The translations under genes were made by a program, and so were the position numbers. Source: Octopus sinensis (taxonomy: Eukaryota). From it: a stretch of 12,728 bases of DNA. Shown here piece by piece: positions 8,584-12,728 of the stretch. The stretch covers positions 1-12,728 of the forward strand of contig NW_021826377.1 of assembly GCF_006345805.1 (NCBI RefSeq). The letters are read 5' to 3'. Numbering within the stretch: position 1 is the first letter of the stretch; each line of letters begins with the position of its first letter. The notes under the pieces are model-generated. The model worked only from the letters and a program-made list of their open reading frames with translations. It searched no databases and was not told the DNA's origin.

Positions 8584-8930
8584 CAGGTCGTCATCTACTT
8601 ACGGCCACAAGTGGTTGCGACTGACTGGTCGTAAGTCCATTTGGTCGTAAGTCGGCCTCTAGGAGTCTTATAAACAAATACGAGGTTGCCTCACGTCTCC
8701 ACAACAGGATAGTCATCCAACACAGAAGCGACCAATAACCAAACCTAGGGGAAGCGTTTGTTAGCTGGTAAGGATATACAATCGTAGCAGATATATGGGT
8801 TAATTTCTAAGAGATTAAACCCATTAGATTTCGACTGGACTATTTATTATTGCTGCAGGGATGTGGCGCGCCAATCGTCGTAAAGTCGATCGGTTGTAAG
8901 TTGGATAGGTCGTAAGTCGACGACGACCTG
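8584..8930. mobile_element. Tc1/mariner (Tigger/pogo-like) MITE, 347 bp
   Basis: TIRs CAGGTCGTCATCTACTTACGGCC (8584-8606) and GGTCGTAAGTCGACGACGACCTG (8908-8930), 20/23 match. TA TSD at 8582-8583 and 8931-8932. Internal copies of GGTCGTAAGTC; no ORF. Confidence 0.85.
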
Positions 8931-9522
8931 TATATGTATATATTTATATATATATATATATATATATATTCAGCAACAATTTAGATTCAAATGAATATGG
9001 TACTTAATATGGTACTAAATCTGCTGTAATACTTACAACTTTTAATAAAATGTTGTAGTGCGAAACAATTGTACCAAATTACCGGAGTCATTCTTGTTGT
9101 TGCTTATTTTTGATTTTATATATATATATATAATATATTATATATATATATATTGTATTGCAGAAATTGCTTTCTGCTATTGCACCCTTTTTCACATCGC
9201 TACTGCTGTCATTAACCAAGTGAGAGGTGATTGAGATACACAGGTTAGTAGATGAGAGTTTACCGCTGCAATAAAACAATGAATATTTACACACTGTTTC
9301 TGTATTGAGTACATTTTCCTCTTGTTTGTAGCCTCAGAATTACATATACGTATGCGTGTTATGTGTGTAAGTATACACATATGTATAGAACGTCAATTTT
9401 GACATATGTATTATTGAGTTTTTCATGGCGAACGTATGTGTCTGTTTACGTACGTATGTCTATATGAATGTGTCTGTGTGTCTTACACGAGAGATTGTCT
9501 ATTTTTGTTTGGCATCATGGTC

Positions 9523-10604
9523 GCTAACGTTTCTGCCAGCTCGCCGCCTTCATACTTGTATGGAACCTATTTCTTTATTACCCACAAGGGGCTAAACACA
9601 GAGGGGACAAACAAGGACAGACATAGGTATTAAGTCGATTACATCGACCCCAGTGCGTAACTGGTACTTAATTTATCGACCCCGAAAGGATGAAAGGCGA
9701 AGTCGACCTCGGCGGAATTTGAAGTCAGAACGTAACGCAGACGAAATACCTATTTCTATTTCTTTATTACCCACAAGGGGCTAAACATAGAGGGGACATA
9801 CATGGACAGACACGGGTATTAAGTCGATTACATCGACCCCAGTGCTTAACTGGTACTTAATTTATCGACCCCGAAAGGATGAAAGGCAAAGTCGACCTCA
9901 GCAGAATTTGAACTCAGAACATAAAGACAGACGAAATACCTATTTCTTTACTACCCACAAGGGGCTAAACACAGACGGGACAAACAAGGACAGACAAACG
10001 GATTAAGTCGATTATATCGACCCCAGTGCGTAACTGGTACTTAATTTATCGACCCGAAAGGATGAAAGGCAAAGTCGACCTCGGCGGAATTTGAACTCAC
10101 AACGTAACGCAGACGAAATACCTATTTCTTTATTACCCACAAGGGGCTAAACACAGAGGGAACAAACAGGACAGACATAGGTATTAAGTCGATTACATCG
10201 ACCCCAGTGTGTAACTGGTACTTAATTTATCGACCCCGAAAAGAATGAAAGGCGAAGTCGACCTCGGCGGAATTTGAACTCACAACGTAACGCAGACGAA
10301 ATCCGCTAAGCACTTCGCCCGGCGTGCTAACGTTTCTGCCAGCTCGCCGCCTTCATACTTGTATGGAACCTATTTCTTTATTACCCACAAGGGGCTAAAC
10401 ACAGAGGGGACAAACAAGGACAGACATAGGTATTAAGTCGATCTCATCGACCCCAGTGCGGAACTGGTACTTTTAATTTATCGACCCCGAAAGGATGAAA
10501 GGCAAAGTCGACCTCGGCGGAATTTGAACTCAGAACGTAACGACAGACGAAATACCGCTAAGCATTTCGCCCGGCGTGCTAACGATTCTGCCAGCTCGCC
10601 GCCT
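9523..10604 (-). mobile_element. Family A SINE cluster: head remnant (9523-9549), three headless units (9568-9750, 9751-9940, 9941-10122), two full-length units (10123-10352, 10371-10604)
   Basis: Full-length sense starts AGGCGGCGAGCTGGCAGAATCGTTAG (A box) and has a GAGTTCAAATTCC B box. The central GACTTTGCCTTTCATCCTTTCGGGGTCGATAAA (Meta-domain-like, from memory) is followed by an AAAGAAATA 3' end. A 17-18-bp TSD-like spacer occurs at 9550-9567, 10353-10370 and 10605-10621. Confidence 0.92.
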
Positions 10605-10919
10605 TATGCTTGTATGGAACCGCTTGTAACATGACGCTAATTATTTCTAGCGTTCATGCAGCACTTGTTATCTCCGCCATTGTAAAACGAAACATTTCAA
10701 CTGCGATGCTGGTTTCGTGTTCTTCGAGGAATTATCAGGAATCTATTGATTTTAAAATGGTATCTGTTCTCCCTTGATACAGGAAAGACACCGAGAAACG
10801 AATATCGGTTCGCTGCATTATTTAAAAAAAAATGATGCCGGTTGCTTCTTTATTATTATTATTATTATCTATAGGTGGCGTTGCTATAGAGACGTGGTCG
10901 CATTACTACATACGAGAGG

Positions 10920-11039
10920 GTTACTCTTTTACCCTTTTACTTGTTTCAAGTCGTCTGACTGTGGCCGTGCTGGAGCACCGCCCCAGGACTTATTCTTCGA
11001 AAGGCTAGTACTTATTGTATCGGTCTCTTTGCCGAACCG
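10920..11039 (-). mobile_element. Family B SINE 3' fragment with internal deletion
   Basis: Matches the 3' part of 7663-7999 but lacks the TTTAGTCGAG..ATCGA segment. It ends at the (TATG)n tract. Confidence 0.8.
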
Positions 11040-11527
11040 TATGTATATATGTGTGTATGTATGTATGTATGTATTATGTATGTGTGTATGTATGTATGTA
11101 AGTATGTGTGTATGTATGTATGTATATGTGTATGTGTGTATGTATGTATGAATGTATGAATGTATGTATGTATGAATGTATGAATGTATGTATGTATGTA
11201 TGTATATGTGTATGTATGTATGAATGTATGTATGTATGAATGTATGAATGTATGTATGTATGTATGTATGTATGTATGTATGTATGTATGAATGTATGTA
11301 TGTATGAATGTATGAATGTATGTATGTATGTGTATGTGTATGTGTGTATGTATGTATGTATGTGTGTGTGTATGTGTGTGTATGTATGTATGTGTGTATG
11401 TATGTATGTATTATGTATATATGTATGTGTGTATGTATGTATATGTGTATGTGTGTATGTATGTATGTATGTATGTATGTATGTATGTATGTATGAATGT
11501 ATGTACGTACGTATGTATGTATGTATG

Positions 11528-11558
<31 letters not shown>

Positions 11559-11856
11559 GAATGTACGTATGTATGTATGTATGTATGAATGTATGTATGT
11601 ATGTATGTATGTATGAATGTATGTATGAATGTATGTACGTATGTATGTATGTATGAATGTGTATGTATGTATGTATGTATGAATGTATGTATGTATGTAT
11701 GTATGTATGTATGCATGTATGTATGTATGCATGCATATATGTATGAATGTATGTATGTATGTATGTATGTATTATGTATGTAAGTATGTGTGTATGTATG
11801 TATGTATGTATGTGTGTGTGTATGTATGTATGTATCTATCTATCTATCTATCTATC

Positions 11857-11890
<34 letters not shown>
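11040..11890. repeat. ~800-bp (TATG)n microsatellite grading into (TATC)n and (TA)n
   Basis: Directly visible. Source of the HTYI/MYVC ORFs. Confidence 0.98.
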
Positions 11891-11913
11891 ATTAGTTTCA
11901 ATGTACACAAATA

Positions 11914-12168
11914 GTGGAGGCGCAATGGCCCAGTGGTTAGGGCAGCGGAGTCGCGGTCATACGATCGCGGTTTCGATTCCCAGACCGGGCGAACCCTGCT
12001 GTACTCTTTCACCACGACTTTCTCTCACTCTTTCTTCGTATTTCTGTTGTACTTGTATTTCAAAGGGGCCAGCCTTGTCACATTCTGTGTCACGCTGAAT
12101 CTCCCCGAGAACTACGTTATAGGTACACGAGTCTGTGGAGTACTCAGCCACTTACACGTTAGTCAAAA
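11914..12168 (+). mobile_element. SINE with family C-type tRNA head but a different body; internal deletion
   Basis: GTGGAGGCGCAATGGCCCAGTGGTTAG (A box) and GGTTTCGATTCCC (B box). It jumps at GGCG directly to the ACTCTTTCACCACGACTTTCTCTCACTCTTT block shared with family C, then continues with a body not found in the array units. Confidence 0.75.
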
Positions 12169-12185
12169 GTAATCCCGTTAATCAA

Positions 12186-12255
12186 TAAACACATACAACG
12201 CCCGGTCTGGGAATCGAAACCGCGATCCTCCGACCGCGAGTCCGCTGCTCAACCA
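12186..12255 (-). mobile_element. Isolated family C-type tRNA-like head, facing the 11914 element
   Basis: Reverse complement reads TGGTTGAGCAGCGGACTCGCGGTCGGAGGATCGCGGTTTCGATTCCCAGACCGGGCGTTGTATGTGTTTATT. Confidence 0.85.
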
Positions 12256-12320
12256 TTGCTGCTGCAGCTGCTGCTGTTGAGCTTGTGGTTTTAACTATTA
12301 CTGCTGTTGTTGCTATGGTG

Positions 12321-12520
12321 ACAGTTGTTTGACAAGGGCTTAGTCCTGATCAAGCCGCAGGCATATGGAAAAAATACCATTCCAACCGTGACAGTTCCGC
12401 CTTTTCCCAACATTCACGGATGCCTCAGCGCATTTTGCAACAAGTTATATTTGTAGACACTAAGATGTGATGATTTGAGGGAAATTTAACTACTACTTCT
12501 AGCAACTAGAGGCGACTTCG
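12321..12520 (-). mobile_element. Possible old, diverged interspersed repeat (fourth SINE-like family)
   Basis: GTTGTTT..AGTCCTGATCAAG..CCATTCCAACCGTGAC and GATGATTTGAGGGAAATTT..TTCTAGCA resemble a recalled octopus repeat with an (AAC)n tail. There is no second copy in the window to confirm it. Confidence 0.3.
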
Positions 12521-12668
12521 TGACACCTGCTGGCTTTTGTTGCTATGGTAATTATTTCAATGGAAGCTGCCGGTCATAATGCCAAAATAATTAGCTACAA
12601 ATTTTATAGTCATCGTTCCCATAGCAACAGTATGGTTGCCGGTTGTCAATGTCACCGCCATCATAACC

Positions 12669-12728
12669 GTGGTGGTGGTGGTGGTGGTGTTAATGGTGGT
12701 GGTGGTGGTGGTGGTGGTGGTGGTGGTG
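12669..12728. repeat. (GGT)n microsatellite, runs off the window end
   Basis: Directly visible. Confidence 0.95.

Noticed and set aside
9164-9243. Candidate exon (TTGCAG acceptor; GTGAGA or GTTAGT donors; EIAFCYCTLFHIATAVINQ)
   Set aside because: Weak pyrimidine tract; the longer version has stops in all frames; nothing recognisable. Needs RNA-seq.
9523-10621. CRISPR-like repeat/spacer appearance
   Set aside because: The long units are homologous SINEs rather than unique spacers, the context is eukaryotic, and there are no cas genes.
10774-11895. ORFs up to 267 aa of HTYI/MYVC repeats
   Set aside because: Translations of (TATG)n.
11040-11914. Long (TATG)n as an expanded family C linker for the head at 11914
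   Set aside because: Wrong orientation: in the array the sense strand has (CATA)n before the head, whereas here it is (TATG)n.
7100-12728. 3' TIR of the Chapaev element
   Set aside because: No reverse complement of the 3954 terminus (...TTATTGACTAGTG) was seen downstream.

Overview
Eukaryotic, AT-rich, microsatellite-saturated non-coding DNA (intergenic or deep intronic). The repeat families look like those of octopus/cephalopod genomes; this is inference from recalled repeat sequences, not a database match. No intact protein-coding gene, rRNA, true tRNA or CRISPR array is supported. All long ORFs in the track come from microsatellites or SINE arrays. The window is a nested mosaic of mobile elements: three tRNA-headed SINE families (called A, B and C here), a dead Chapaev-type DNA transposon, a Tigger/pogo-like MITE, a Helitron-like 3' end, and a Penelope-like fragment with a minimal hammerhead-like motif. 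The transposon consists of a terminus at 3954 and a frameshifted N-terminal transposase at 6692-7098. The most interesting signal is that two SINE families appear to have inserted as multimers. First, a 7-unit head-to-tail family C array (4134-6387) sits inside ONE target-site duplication, with (TATG)n linkers at the internal junctions. Second, family A forms ~185-bp 'headless' monomers that break in the loop of the head hairpin and join through a palindromic GAAATA-CC-TATTT(C) junction, at two loci about 7 kb apart. This suggests template-jumping or circular-RNA retrotransposition.
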